Counted from the stretch's first letter, positions 1 through 13,792 are shown. The stretch: 64,000 nucleotides of DNA from Squalus acanthias (GCA_030390025.1 CM059425.1:176826001-176890000); one strand, 5' to 3'. Program-made: numbers and translations. Notes: a model not told the origin generated them from the sequence alone.

Positions 1-514
1 CATTATCCACCACAGCTTCCCCATCAGAAAGGGACTCATTCTAACAGAGCTGGAGGAAGATGGGGAAGGACAGCAGGGTCAGCAGTGTGATAAGGCTGGC
101 CAGAGGAAGACAAGGACCAGTAAAACAAATCTTTGTCAGCTGCCAGACAGATACAAGACCTAATCACAAGGGGCAAATTTAGATAAAATGGATCCCTTCC
201 CAGGCATCTCCAGTCATGCCATCAGGGTCAGATATACTAACTACCTCATCTCCATAAAGTTATAACATCTGTCTACCCCGCTAAGCCGATCTTCAACATA
301 AACAGCCATGCCAATCAGTCAAACACAGTACCTTAGTGAAATAAAAGTCCGCAAAGCTGCATCTCAGTGTAGGTGCTGAGATGTATTTGCCTTAAACCTC
401 CCTCACTGACCCCACCAACTGAGGTTAGGGCAGGTCTAATGAGTTGAATGTTTTTGACAAGCTAGGGCTATAGCTGGCAACCACCTTCTCTGCCAGAGAG
501 ATTAGAACCAGCAT

Positions 515-1545
515 ACCTACGTCGACTATTGCAGCGCAGGACAGGGCTGCTGGAGCTCCTCAGGGCTGCGTCCTTGGCCCAACCACCTTCAGGTGCTTCA
601 TTAATGACTTTCCCTCTGTCATCAGGTCAGGAATAAAACTGTTCACTGTGCATTCTATAGCATTCAGCTCTATTCACAACTTTTCCAATAATGTAGCTGC
701 CCATGCCAGTCTTTAACAGGACCTGGAAAACACCCAGGCCTGGGATGACAAGTAGCAGGTATTATACCACTATATAAGTTCCAGGCAATGAGCATCTCCA
801 ACAAGAAAGGCCCAATCAATTCCCCCTGACCTTCAATAGCACCACCATCACCACATTCCCCCATTTTCAACATCCTGAGAAGCTTAATTGAACCATCCAT
901 ATCAACAACATGGCTAAAAGGGCAGGGCAGAGGCTGGGTAATCTGTAACAAGTGGTGGGGGGGGGGCCTCAAAGCCTCTCCACCATCTACAAGGCTCAAG
1001 TCAGTAGTGTAATGGAATATTCACCACTTGCCTGGATGCCTTAACCTCTCAAGAAGTTCAATACTATACAGAACATACAAACATACTAAATTGAAGGGCA
1101 GGAAAGGACCAGCTGGTCCATCGAGCTGGACAGGAGCAGTACCCTTGATGGGCCACTGAACTAAATATTCATCTCCTCCACTTCAAGCACACTGTAGCTG
1201 CACTGTGTACTATCTATACGATGTGCTGCAGGTACTCACCAAACTTACTTCAGCAGCATATCCCAGCCCTGTGACCTCTAACACCAAGAAGGAGAAGGGC
1301 AGCAACACCATGGAAACACCAATACCTGCAAGTTCCCCTCCAAAATACACACCATTCTGACCTGGACATATACCATCTTTCCTTCATCGTTGAATTCCCT
1401 ACCTAACAACATTATGGGAGTACTACCTGCACAACCACTGCAGTGATTCAAGGTGAAGAACACCAAAATCTACTCAGAGAAGCTAGAGATGGGCAATAAA
1501 TGTGACTTTGCCAGCGTTATCTACATCCCAAGAACAAATAAAAAT
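515..1545 (+). mobile_element. Degenerate CR1-clade LINE (family B) RT 3' fragment with 3' tail
   Basis: Decayed PQGxVLGPTxFxCFIND-coding DNA at ~555-615; the tail gatgggcaataaatg...ccagcg...catccca is shared with the intact family B copy at 5030-6225. Confidence 0.8.
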
Positions 1546-2729
1546 AGCATTACCCGACACCTTTGTAGAGCTGCAATCATCCCCTTGCTTCTCCTGAACT
1601 GAGACAAGAGTCTTCCACAATCAAATCATTTTACTTGTCATCAAATTGTAATGAGCAGGACTGAGCGAGGTTTAAAGTTAGATCCATAGTTATGCCCATT
1701 TATAAAACTGGTCATAATAGATGGGATAATAAACGTGTCCTTAACAACCTTGCATAGGTTACTGAAAAACAATTTACACAGAAGTAACTGAATGGACAAG
1801 ATTGCTGACAATAAAAATGAAAACTGGTCTGACATTGGAAAAAAGTGGCCGATCAGACTGCTTTATATAGGGTAACAGCGATTAAACGCAACATAAGCTC
1901 CTCTTGATTTAGTGACTGCTTTACATGTGACCATTTTAGGTGTTTAAAATTCTATTTAAATCGCTGACAGCTGTAGGCACCATTTGAATTCTTCTGGTTT
2001 TAATCCACGGTCCCAAAAGATACTCGGTGATGTCACAATCATATTCTTTCACAATAGAGGTGAATGAGTTATTTTTTTCTGCAGTGATTGATAGTCACGG
2101 AGAGGAAGTGAAAGATATGTTGCAGAAAGTAAAAGATTGAATTAATCTTCATTAGGCTGTCCATTAAAGGAGTCCTGTTTAATATTGGAAAGCCCATCTG
2201 TACATAGACACAAAGAAAAATGTAAGATGAGGGAACAAAGCCCAGTACTGACTGATGTGAATGTGAGATCTTGTTAGAAGTTGATCCATATGTATTCACA
2301 GGCCTGTTGAGACTAGAGGTACAATACCTGGTGAGAATAAAAGTGGACTGTTACTAAGTAAAAATGAAAGGTTAGATTGAAAATGAAACAATACCATGTC
2401 TAGATATAAATTGCATACAAATAAGCATGTGCATTTTAAAACCAATGAAAAATTATGGTCATAAAATGTCTTGTTTGGAATACTGTTTCTGTTTCTTTAA
2501 TAGCTCTTCATAGGCAAACAGCAGATGTCAACAGCAAATAAAAATAGCATGTGTCATCTGGTACCCAATTGTGACCTATTGCCAACACCTGATCAATGCA
2601 CTGGGGACACTCCTCACACAGTTCTATCACCAAGCAAGAGGGTCGCAGTTACTTCCACCAAAATACATAGTCCAAGACCTCAAAATGTAAAGCCCCCAGA
2701 CTCAACAGACAAGTGAAAAATTAGACCCT

Positions 2730-3390
2730 AACACAACAACAACAAACCTTGCATTTATACAGTGCCTTTGATGTAAAATAAATTGTCCCAAGGCGCTTCA
2801 CAGACATGCCTGCCAATGATGGGGCAAAGGGAGGGATGTGTAAGAGGCCAGAGTTGGAAGAACGCAGAGTTCTTGGAGGTTAGTAGGGCTGAAAAACATT
2901 ACACAGATAGGGAGAGACAAGGATTATAGGGATTGAACATGAGGATGAGAATTTTAAATTTGAGGCGTTGGTGGACCGGGAGCCAATGTTGGTCAGCGAG
3001 CACAGGGTAATGGGTGAATGGGACTTGGTGTGAAGTAAGATATGGGCAGCAGAGTTTTGGATGAGCTCAAGTTTATAGAGGGTGGAAGATGAGAGGCCAG
3101 CCAGGAGAGCATTAGAATAGTTGAGTCTGGAAGTAACAAAGGCATGGATGAGGGTTTCAGCAGCAGATGGCTGAATCAGGGGCGGAGATGGGCGATGTTA
3201 CGGAGGTGGAACTAACCGGTCTTTGTAATGGAGAGGATATGGTTTTGGAAGCTCAGCTCAGATTCAAATAGGACGCCGAGGTTGCGAATAGTCTGAAACA
3301 ACAGCCAGGGAGAGGGATAGAATTGTTAGCCAGAGTATGAAATTTGTGGTGGGAGTCAAAGACGATGGCTTTGGTCTTCCTAATGTTTAA
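2730..3390 (-). mobile_element. L2 LINE 3' fragment
   Basis: (aac)n tail followed by ttgcatttatacagtgcctt...cccaaggcgcttcacag, the same tail type as at 29785; decayed RT C-terminal sequence. Confidence 0.7.
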
Positions 3391-3475
3391 TACTGCTACC
3401 ACGCTCCAGAATTAGGCCTCAGGTGCATCGACTATCTACTTTGTGAGATCCATACATTATTACTCTGTACCATTG

Positions 3476-3642
3476 GGAAGATTTTAAAGGGAAGCTAGAT
3501 ATGTACATGAGGGAGAAAGGAATAGAAGGCTATATTGAGGGTGAGATGAAGTAAGGTGGGAGGAGGCTTGTGTGGAGCATAAACCTGTTGGGCCGAATGG
3601 CCTGTTTCTGTGCTGTAAATTTTGATGTAATTCTATGTAATT
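3476..3642 (+). mobile_element. CR1 LINE extreme 3' end
   Basis: FKGKLDxYM-like coding end, ttgggccgaatggcctgtttc hairpin tail and (ttctatgtaa) tail repeat. Confidence 0.75.
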
Positions 3643-3744
3643 TTGAATTTGCCACCCACATGTAATACATGTGTTATCGATCAGCTGCCCATTATGGAAA
3701 CTGTCTGATTTTAATTTCCAGTTTTATACACGAATGGCAAGTTG

Positions 3745-5030
3745 TCGCTGCCAAGGCTGGTATTTAATGCCCATCCCTAGTTAGTGGTGGGCCTTCTTCT
3801 TGAACCACTTCAGTCTGTGTGGTGAAGGTGTTCCCACAGTGCTGTTAGGTAGGGAGTTCCAGGATTTTGACCCAGCGACAATGAATGAAAGGCGATATAT
3901 GTCCTGGTCTGGATGGTGTGTGACTTGGAGGAGAGCTTAGAGATGATGGTGTTCCCATGCACCTGCTGCCCTTGTGCTTCTAGATGGTGGAGGTCATGGT
4001 TTTGGAAGGACCTGCCGAAGAAGCCTTGGTGAGTTGCTGTAGTGCATCCTGTGGAGAGTAGTGTCAAAAACAGAAAGGCAGACTATTATCTGAATGGCAA
4101 TAGATTGGGAGAAGGGGAAGTGCAACGAGACCTGGGTGTCCTTGTGCACCAGTCGCTGAAGGTAAGCATGCAGGTGCAGCAGGCGGTGAAGAAGGCAAAT
4201 GGTATGTTGGCCTCCATAGCGAAAGGGTTTGAGTATAGGAACAGGGATGTCCTGCTGCAGTTGTACAGGGCCTTGGTGAGACCACACCTTGAGTACTGTG
4301 TGCAGTTTTGGTCACCTTATCTGAGGAAGGATGTTCTTGCCATGGAAGGAGTTCAGCGAAGATTCACAAGGCTGATACCTGGGATGGCAGGAATGACATA
4401 TGAGGAGAGATTGGGTCGATTGGGCTTATACTCACTGGAGTATAGAAGAATGAGAGGGGATCTCATCGAAGCATATAAAATTCTGACAGGTCTGGACAAA
4501 CTAGATGCAGGAAGAATGTTCCCGATGGTCGGAGAGTCCAGAACCAGGGGTCATAATCTAAGGATAAGGGGTAAGCTATTTAGGACAGAAATGAGGAAGA
4601 ATTTCTTCACCCAGAGAGTGGTGAACCTGTGGAATTCTCTACCACAGAAGGTAGTTGAGGCCAAGTCATTAAATATATTCAAGAAGGAGTTAGATATATT
4701 TCTTAAAGCTAAAGGTATCAAGGGATATGGGGAGAAGGCAGGTACAGGGTACTGAGTTTGGATGATCAGCCATGATCTCATCGAATGGCGGAGCAGGCTC
4801 GAGGGGCCGAATGGCCTACTCCTGCTCCTATCTTCTATGTTTCTATGTTAGTACACACTGCAGCCACCGATGATGGATGTTTAGGCTAGTGGATCAAGCA
4901 GGCTGCTTGCCCTGGTTGGTGTCAAGTTTCTTGAGGCTTGTTGCAATGCTTCCATCCAGGAAAGTGAACAGTATTCCAATACACTCCTGACTTGTACCTT
5001 GTAGGTGGGAGTCAGGAAGTGAGCTACTTT
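3745..5030 (-). mobile_element. CR1-clade family B 3' fragment, split by the CR1-A insertion at 4063-4848
   Basis: 3745-4055 and 4850-5030 match consecutive parts of the family B copy at 5030-6225. Confidence 0.7.
4063..4848 (+). mobile_element. Young 5'-truncated CR1 LINE (family A), ORF2 C-terminus
   Basis: ORF 4042-4755 contains LYRALVRPHLEYCVQFWSP and RRMRGDLIE; (ttctatgt)n tail; almost identical to 47950-48735. Confidence 0.95.
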
Positions 5031-6225
5031 TTTTAAAATTCGTTTTTATGGGATGTGGGCGTCGCTGGCAAAGCCAGCATTTATTGCCCATCCCTAATTG
5101 CCCTTGAGAAGGTGGTGGTGAGCCGCCTTCTTGAACCGCTGCAGTCCGTGTGGTGAAGGTACTCCCACAGTGCTGTTAGGGAGGGAGTTCCAGGATTTTG
5201 ACCCAGCGACGATGAAAGAACGGCGATATACTTCTAAGTCAGGATGATGTGTAACATGGAGGGGAACTTGGAGGTGGTGGTGTTCCCATGCATCTGCTGC
5301 TCTTGTCCTTCTAGATGGAAGAGGTCGCAGGTTTGGGAGGTGCTGCCGAAGAAGCTTTGGCGAGTTGCTGCAATGCATTTTATAGATGGTGCACACTGCA
5401 GCCACGGTACGCCGGTGGTGGAGGGAGTGAATGTTTAAGGTGGTAGAGGGGGTGCCAATCAAGCGGGCTGCTTTGTCCTGGATGGTGTCGAGCTTTTTGA
5501 GTGTTGTTGGAGCTGCACTCATCCAGGCAAGTGGAGAGTATTCCATCACACTCCTTACTTGTGCCTTGTAGATGGTGGAAAGGCTTTGGGGAGTCAGGAG
5601 GTGAGACACTCGCCACAGAATACCTAGCCTCTGACCTGTATTTATGTGGCTGGTCCAGTTAGGTTTCTGGTCAATGGTGACCCTCAGGATGTTGATGGTG
5701 GGGGATTCGGTGATGGTAATGCCATTGAATGTCAAGGGGCGGTGTTTAGACTCTCGTTTGTTGGAGATAGTCATTGCCTGGCACTTCTGTGGCGCGAATG
5801 TTACCTGCCACTTATCAGCCCAAGCCTGAACATCGTCCAGGTCTTGTTGCATGCAGGCATGGACTGCTTCATTATCTGAGGAGTTGTGAATGGCACTGAA
5901 CACTGTGCAGTCATCAGCGAACATCCCCATTTCTGACCTTATGTTGGAGGGAAGGTCATTGATGAAGCAGCTGAAGATGGTTGGGCCTAGGACACTGCCC
6001 TGAGGAACTCCTGCAGCAATGTCCTGGGGCTGTAATGATTGACCTTCAATCACCACAACCATCTTCCTTTGTGCTAGGTATGACTCCAGCCAGTGGAGAG
6101 TTTTCCCCCTGATTCCCATTGACTTCAGTTTTACTAGGGCTCCTTGATGCCACACTCGGTCAAATGCTGCCTTGGTGTCAAGGGCAGTCACTCTCACCTC
6201 ACCTCTGGAATTCAGCTCCTTTGTC
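5030..6225 (-). mobile_element. CR1-clade LINE family B, reverse transcriptase fragment
   Basis: ORF 5094-6197 (367 aa): [24 protein letters not shown] motifs. Confidence 0.95.
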
Positions 6226-6366
6226 CAGTCAGTAACAATATGTTAGCAATCTGTTGCAAATACCACTGTAATATTTACAGAGAACAACAATGTATAAAAA
6301 CTTAATTTAAATATATTTACAACTGCCTGAGGAGTAGGTCATCAAATTGTTCTTTGAAACACAGAA

Positions 6367-6683
6367 GGGCCAATTTTAACTCAAGGCGGAGGTTGTGCGG
6401 ACGGGGGCTGAGGCGATGGCAAACCGACTGGACATCCGCAGTGTGAGCCTCGGGAGGCCCCTGCCTGAACGCAGAGGGAAGTGGCAGGGGATGACATCAT
6501 CCGACATTTAAATAAGATATTTAAAGAAGCACCCCGCTGGCATCTAGCAGGTGTCCCACTCACCTGCAGGTTAAGATCGCAACCCACAGGATAGCAGTGG
6601 GATCAGTGCGGGTAAATTCCACAGGCCATTTTAACCGTGTGTCCGACCCGGTTTCCAATGGCAGGCAGGGTTAAAATTGGCCC
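6367..6683. mobile_element. MITE (probably Harbinger-derived)
   Basis: Terminal inverted repeat gggccaattttaac (6367-6380) / gttaaaattggccc (6670-6683). Confidence 0.75.
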
Positions 6684-7269
6684 TTGTTAATTAAGTATTG
6701 ATGTAAGTGCAAGGAAGGTGGTCAAATAAATATTTGAAATGCATTAATTGAATGCAATTATATATTTCTTGGGACCTACTGATATGACCTAATCTGAAAG
6801 CCCAGGAAGAGAGCAGGAGCTTACCATTTTTAGTATGGTGTCTGCAATCGTCTTTTTTTCCATTTGAATTCATTTTATGGATTTCTTTCAAAATAGTGTT
6901 TGCTGTCAATCTCTTGGAAGAAGTACACCTCCACACTTATTGTGTAAAAGTTTACAGCTTCCATTTTAGGTGCAATGTGTCAACCACATTCGGGTTGTAC
7001 TTTTCAAACCCCAGCAGAGACCATCTGTATCCCTTTCAAAAACAGGCCTGAGCCCAGTGCAGCATCTCCCTGCTGTGCACTTTGTCAGAGAATGTTATAT
7101 AATTCATCCACCAGAAGCAACCAAGTAACAAGACAAACAATCTGACTGGGAGTTGGGAATGGTGTTTAGATGCCAAATTTAAATGCCAGCTATGGTTTTA
7201 AGGGCCAGGCATCATCACAGAGGTTTTTTTAAAAAGTTGGATTGCAAATCTTTATAGAATGTCTCGTGG

Positions 7270-7490
7270 TCAGCTGCAGGGTGCAGAGTTCCGAATCCTC
7301 AGAGTGTTTCTCACCCAAATAAGACAGGAAAAAGACCCTGATTTAGCCTGAATGAAGAAGGCCCATAAAAAAAGTGCCAAGGTGCTGTCGAAGGATATAG
7401 CCCGGGCAGTCAGTGCTAACTCCATGAGCACACATGGCAACTCATTGCTGCAAAAAATATAATGACCTTACCAGGTCAAGCAAGGTAAGA
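7270..7490 (+). pseudogene. Decayed Harbinger Myb/SANT-like gene exon
   Basis: Ends tgc-aaaaaatataatgaccttaccaggtcaagcaag|gtaag (C-KKYNDLTRSSK plus splice donor), like the other Myb copies in the window. Confidence 0.55.
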
Positions 7491-8267
7491 GGAGGCAGAG
7501 AACAGATTCCTACAGTACTGTGGACCTGCCTGACTCAGATATCTGGTTACCAAGTCTGCTAAAGAGGACCAACTCAGTTCCAATCTCCCATTGTCAGGTG
7601 CGGCATCATGGGCCCACTCAATCCCAAAATAGCAGTTTATGAAAATTAATGGTTTGATACTTTTGTTAGAATTATAGATAAAATAATTTTCTACTAATGC
7701 ATTAATGCATTTTACTAATATGATGCAGAACAATTGTAACCACACATTGATATGTGTAAATAAGATAAATGTTCAATAGGTAATCCATCTGATACCAAGG
7801 GAAAATTACACTAAAACAGCTGCACAAAAAGCTTTTTATCCTGTTCTTGGCTCACAAAACTTGTCTTTCTCTATCACTGACTCCCTGCCCAATAGCTCCT
7901 GGCTTTTATGCCTTTTAAGTATAATTATAATCTGTTTAAAAGAGAAATTCCATTACTCTCAGAAGCCAGTTGAGATACACACAATGGACATTTCCTTCAT
8001 GTAGACTTATCATAGAGAATTATTCATCTCTTGTCCTCTGAAATAACCACAGAATGTTAACTCCACAGGAATCTCCAGTAATGTGATAGATAATGTGAGC
8101 ACAGGAAGTATAGTCATCCATTGGCCTCTGAACTATCTTGAAATACACACATGTACCAGAATGAAAAGGATTAAATTCTGAGGACAGGTTGCATAAATTA
8201 GGCTTGTATTCCCTCGAGTATACAAAATTAAGGCGTGATATAACCTTTTTAAAAACATATATTTATT

Positions 8268-10585
8268 CATTCATGGTATGTGGGCATCGCTGGCAAGGCC
8301 AGCATATATTATCCATATCTAATTGCCCTTCAGAAGGTGGTGGTGAGCTGCCTTCTTGAAACACTGCAGTCTGTGTGGTGAAGGTACTCCCATAGTGCTG
8401 TTAAGTAAGGAGTTCCAGAAATTTGACCCAGCGATGATGAAGGATCGGCGATATATTTCCAAGTCAAGATGGTGTGTCACTTGGAGGGGAACTCGAGGTG
8501 GTTTTGTTCCCATGCACCTGCTGCCCTTGACCTTCTAGGTGGTAGAGGTCGCAGGTTTGGGAGGTTCTATCAAAGAAGCCTTGGCGAGTTGCTGCAGTGC
8601 ATCTTGTAGATGGTACACACTGCAGCCACGGTACGCCGGTGGTGGAGGGAGTGAATGTTTAAGGTGGTGGATGGGGTGCCAATCAAGCGGGCTGCTTTGT
8701 CCTGGATGCTGTCGAGCTTCTTGAGTGTTGTTGGAGCTGCACTCATCCAGGCAAGTGGAGACTATTCCATCACACTCCTGACTTGTGCCTTGTAGATGGT
8801 GGAAAGGCTATGGGGAATCAGGAGGTGAGTCTCGCTGCAGAATACCAAGGGGTAAAAATTGAGTCGCGCCCCATTTGGGGCGCTAACCTCGCCGGGGCGC
8901 GACTTTTAGCGCCCCGAAAAAACTAGCGGCCCCGCGCCGGAACTTCAGTGGTTGCGCCCCAAGAGGGAAGCGGGGCGCAACTGGAAGCAGCCCGCATCCC
9001 TCTTGGGGCGCTGCGAGTGAATATCCTGGCGCTACGTGCCGCAGCGCCACGCGCTGCGGCACGTCGCGCCGCGGTATTGCAGGCCTTCCTCCCCTTCTTA
9101 AAGGGGAGGGGCCCTGCGCAGCGCGAACCGGGGCCCAGCTGGGCCCCCAGGGATCGGGAGTGCCGGCAAAAGAGCCCGGCACTCAAGAGAAGTGCCGGGC
9201 TCTTGGAGCGCAGCCGGCACTTCACGGTGGGGGGGGCTTCACGGGGGCCGGGGGCAGGTGCTGGCAGGCGGCCAGCAACAAAAATGGCCGCCTGCCACCT
9301 CCGCTTTAAATATCGCCGCCCCGGCCGCATGTACGCCTCCCTGAACCCGTCGGACATAGCGTCTGGCGGTAAATCAGGGGGCGCGACTGAAGATCACGGC
9401 CGGGGCGTGAGCGGGGTGCTGTGCACGGCGATGACGTCATCGCCGGCGGCGCAGCGCCACAGGGCGCTACCGGCTGCCGCCGCCGCTAACCTCCCACTAA
9501 ATTTTTCGGGAGGCGTGGGCAGCGCTGCGCCCGGGCGTTAGCTGCTTTACGCCCCATTAGCGCCCTCTTAAGGCGCTAACGGGAGGCGCAAGCAGCTGAA
9601 TTTTTCCCCCCAAGTCTCTGACCTGCTTTTGTAGCCACAGTATTTATGTGGTTGTTGCAGTTAAGTTTCTGGTCAATGGTGACCCTCAGAATGTTTCATG
9701 GTGGGGGATTCAATGATGGTAATGCCATTGAATGTCAAGGGGAGGTGGTTAGTCGCTCTCTTGTTGGATATGGTCATTGCCTGGCACTTGTGTGGCGCGA
9801 ATGTTACTTGCCACTTATCAGTCCAAGCTTGGGTGTTGTCCAGGTCTTGCTGCACACGAGCACGGACTGCTTCATTATCTGAGGAGTTGCGAATGAAACT
9901 GAACACTGTACAATCATCACCGAACATCCCCACTTCTGACCTTATGATGGAGGGAAGGTCATTGATGAAGCAGCTGAAGATGGTTAGGCCTAAAATACTG
10001 CCCTGAGGAACTCGTGCAGTGATATCCTGGGGCTGAGATAATTGGCTTCCAACAAACACAACCATCGTACAGTTGTGCTAGGTATGACTCCAGCCAGTGG
10101 AGAGTTTCCCCCCTGATTCCCATTGACTTCAATTTTACTAGGGCTCCTTAGTGCCACACTCGATCAAATGCTGCCTTGATATCAAGGGTAGTCACTCTCA
10201 CCTCACCTATGGAATTCAGCCCTTCTGTCCATGTTTGGGCCATGGCGGAACCCAAACTAAGCATCGGTGAGCAGGTTATTGGTGAGTAAGTGCCGTTTGA
10301 TAGCAGTGTTGATGGTACCTTCCATCAATTTGCTGATGATTGAGTCTAGGCTGATGGAGCGGTAATTGGCCGGATTGGATGTGTTCTGCTTTTTGTGGAC
10401 AAGACATACCTGGGCAAATTTCCACTTTGTCGGGTAGATGCCAGTGTTGTAGCTGTACTGGAACAGCTAGGCTAGATGCGCGGCTAGTTCTGGAGCATAA
10501 GTCGTTTGCACTACAGCCGGGATGGTGTCGGGGCCCATAGCCTTTGCTGTATCCAGTGGGCTCAGTTGTTGCCTGATATCAAGTG
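8268..10585 (-). mobile_element. CR1-clade family B LINE interrupted by a MITE
   Basis: ORF 9673-10065 with PQGSILG and MFGDD; the LINE sequence resumes seamlessly across 8849-9610. Confidence 0.9.
8849..9610. mobile_element. GC/CpG-rich PIF/Harbinger-type MITE
   Basis: Imperfect TIR ggggtaaaaattgag / ctgaatttttccccc; 3-bp TSD CAA (8846-8848, 9611-9613); termini shared with 28603-29493. Confidence 0.85.
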
Positions 10586-10719
10586 GAGGGAGGAGGAGGA
10601 GGGGGAGAAGGGATCACAGCAGGAGGCCTTACCCACCTAAGGTCCTCCGAGAGAAATTCTCTTACCTCAACTTGAGTCAGGAGCAGTGCCTGAGGTGCCT
10701 GCAATTTACAAAGGAGGTG

Positions 10720-13110
10720 AACATACGAACATAAGAACTAGGAGCAGGAGTAGGCCATTTGGCCCTTTGACCCTGCTCCGCCATTCAATAAGATCATGGC
10801 TGATCTTCTACCTCATCTCCACTTTACTGCACTATCCCCATGTCCCTTGATTCCCTTAATATTAAAAAATCTATTGATCTCTGTCTTGAATATACTCAAC
10901 AAATGAGCCTCCACAGCCCTCTGGGGTAGAGAATTCCAAAGATTCACCACCCTCTGAGTAAAGAAATTTCTCCTCATCTCAGTCCTAAATGGCCGACCTC
11001 TTATTCTGAGACTGTGACCCCTGGTTCTAGATTCCCCAGCCAGGGGAAACATCCTCCCTGCATCTACCCTGTCAAGCCCTGTAAGAGTTTTGTATGTTTC
11101 AATGAGATCACCTCTCATTCTTCTAAACTCTAGAGAATATAGGCCTAGTCTACTCAATCTCTCATCATAGGACAATCCCCCCATCCCAGGAATCAGTCTG
11201 GTGAACCTTCATTGCACTCCCTCTATGGCAAGTATATCCTTCCTTAGGTAAGGAGACTAAAACTGTACACAGTACTCCAGGTGTGGTCTCACCAGGGCCC
11301 TATATAATTGAAGTAAGACATCTTTACTCTTATACTCAAATCCTCTTGTAATAAAGGCCAATATACCATTTGCTTTCCTAATTGCTTGCTGTACCTGCAT
11401 GTTAACTTTCAGTGATTCGTGTACAAGGACACCCAGGTCCCTCTGAACACCTACATTTCCCAATCTCTCACCATTTAAAAAATACTCTGCTTTTCTATTT
11501 TTCCTACCAAAGTAGATTGTGAATTGCTGAGGCCCAAGCACTGATCCTTGCGGTGTACCCCAGTAGTTATAGCCTGCCAACCCGAAAATGACCCATTTAT
11601 TCCTACTCTCTGTTTTTTTCTGTCCGTTAACCAATCCTCAATCCATGCTAGTATATTACCCCCAATCCCATGAGCCCTAATTTTGTTTAATAACCTCTTG
11701 TATGGCACCTTATCGAATGCCTTCTGAAAATCCAAATACACCACATCCATTGGTTCCCCCTTATCTATTCTGCTAGTTACAACCTCAAAAAACTCGAACA
11801 GATTCGTCAAACACGATTTCCCTTTCATAAATCCGTGTTGACTCTGTCCAATCCTATCGTTATTTTCTAAGTGCCCTGTTACCACGTCCTTAATAATAGA
11901 TTCTAGCATTTTCCCTACTACTGATGTCAGGTTAACTGGTCTATAGTTCCCTGTTTTCTTTCTCTCTCCTTTCTTAAATAGTGGGATTACATTTGCTACC
12001 TTCCAATCCGCGGGAACCATTCTAGAATCTATGGAATTTTGGAAAATGACAAACCAATGCATCCACTATCTCTATAGCCACCTCTTTCAAAACTCTAGGA
12101 TGTAGGCCATCAGGTCCAGGGGATTTATTGGCTTTCAGTCCCATTAATTTCTCCAGTACTATTTTTTTACTAATACTAATTTCTTTCAGTTCATCATTCT
12201 CACTAGACCCTTGGTTCTCCACTATTTCTGGGAAGTATTTTGCATCTTCTTCCGTGATGACAGACAAAAACATATTTGTTTAATTTCTCTGCCATTTCCT
12301 TATTCTCTATTATAATTTCTCCTGTCTCAGCCTGTAAGGGTCCCACATTTACTTTTACTAATCTTTTCCTTTTTACATACCTATAGAAGCTTTTACAATC
12401 TGTTTTTATGTCTCTCGCTAGTTTACTCTCATATTCTATTTTCCTTTTCTTTATCAATTTCTTGGCCCTCCTTTGCTGAATTCTAAAATCCTCCCAATCC
12501 TCAGGCTTACTACACTTTTTGGCAACATTATAAGCCTCTTTCTTTGATCTAATACTATCTTTAACTTCTCTTGTTAGCCACGGTTGGACCACTTTTCCTG
12601 TGGGGTTTTTGTGCCTTAAAGGAATGTATATTTGTTGTAAATTATGTATTAATTCTTTAACTGCTAGCCATTGCTTATCTACCATCATACCTTTTAATGT
12701 AGTTTCCCAATCTACCTTAGCCAACTCGAACCTCATACCTATGTAGTTTGTTTTGTTTAGATTTAAGACCCTAGTTTCGGATTTAACTCAATAACTTTCA
12801 AACTCAATATAAAATCTACATATTATGGTCATTCTTCCCTAAAGGCCCCTTTACTACAAAGTTATTAATTAACCCTTTCTCGTTGCACAATACTAGATCT
12901 AAAATAGCCTGTTCCCTAGTTGGTTCCTCAACATACTGATCTAGAAAACTGTCTTGCATACATTCCATTAATTCGTCCTCCACACTATTATTGCAAATTT
13001 GGTTAGCCCAGTCTATATGTAGATTAAAGTCCCCCATGATTACTGTATTACCCTTGTTACATGCGCCTCTAATTTCCTGATTTATACTCTGCCCTACATT
13101 ACAACTACTA
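10720..13110 (-). mobile_element. CR1 LINE (APE C-half plus RT), frameshifted, inserted in the Harbinger transposase
   Basis: ORFs 12816-13139 (GDFN, LDLVL), 12203-12736, 11475-12062 ([12 protein letters not shown]) and 10813-11184; tail at 10720. Confidence 0.95.
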
Positions 13111-13269
13111 TGCTTACAGAACTCTGTCACCTCTTGCAACTAGACCTGCAGCCTCTCTCCAGGGCAAGGACAGAGCTGCCAGTGGCTGTGAAGGTGACCG
13201 TGGTCCTGAATTTCTTTGTGTCGGGATCCTTACAGGCTGGAGCAGGCGACATCTGTAACATCTCGCAGT

Positions 13270-13306
13270 TCGCCTGACGAAGGAGCAGCGCTCCGAAAGC
13301 TTGTGA
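13270..13306 (+). ncRNA. Putative minimal type I hammerhead ribozyme in a Penelope-like fragment (13274-13358)
   Basis: CUGACGA(A)-GGAGC-agc-GCUCC-GAAA-GCUU; possible stem I ucgc/guga. Confidence 0.65.
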
Positions 13307-13792
13307 TTTCAAATAAAGCTGTTGGACTATAACCTGGTGTTGTGCGACTTCTCACATTTCTCTCTCTACCAGAGAGAAGCAGATTGAGTGTGCACATAGC
13401 TTTGCCAGGATAGCAGATTTCCCCATGGTGCAGGGTGGCATCGACTGCACACACGTGGCTTTGCGGGCACCGTATACAAATGCTGAGATGTACCGCAACC
13501 CCACTCGCTGAATGTGCAGTTGGTGTACAACCATGCTCAGCACATCATGATGGTGAATGCCCAATATCCTGGCAGCAGTCATGATGCTTTTTTTCTGCGC
13601 CAGTCCCCTGTTCCCTCAGTCTTTGAGCCACCAAGACAAACCAAGAGGGTGGCTGGCTGGCTGACAGGCAACAGCAAGGGCACTGGCAGAGTGGCAGTGA
13701 TGGGAGTAAGAATGCAGTCATCCTGAGAGAGGACAGCAGGGTCATCCTCCACGAATCCATTGCCACTCCTCCGGGGCAGCGCCTCAGCAATC

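Larger units (their letters stand above)
10585..13660 (+). pseudogene. PIF/Harbinger (HARBI1-like, DDE_Tnp_4) transposase pseudogene in three pieces (10585-10719, 13113-13273, 13353-13660)
   Basis: Translation: YLNLSQEQCLRCLQFTKEV|LTELCHLL...VKVTVVLNFFVSGS...FPMVQGGIDCTHVALRAP...VNAQYPGSSHDAF. Confidence 0.88.

Noticed and set aside
8883..9541. Overlapping 99-197 aa ORFs and a CpG island as a host gene or promoter
   Set aside because: They lie wholly inside a TIR/TSD-bounded MITE; long ORFs are expected at this GC content
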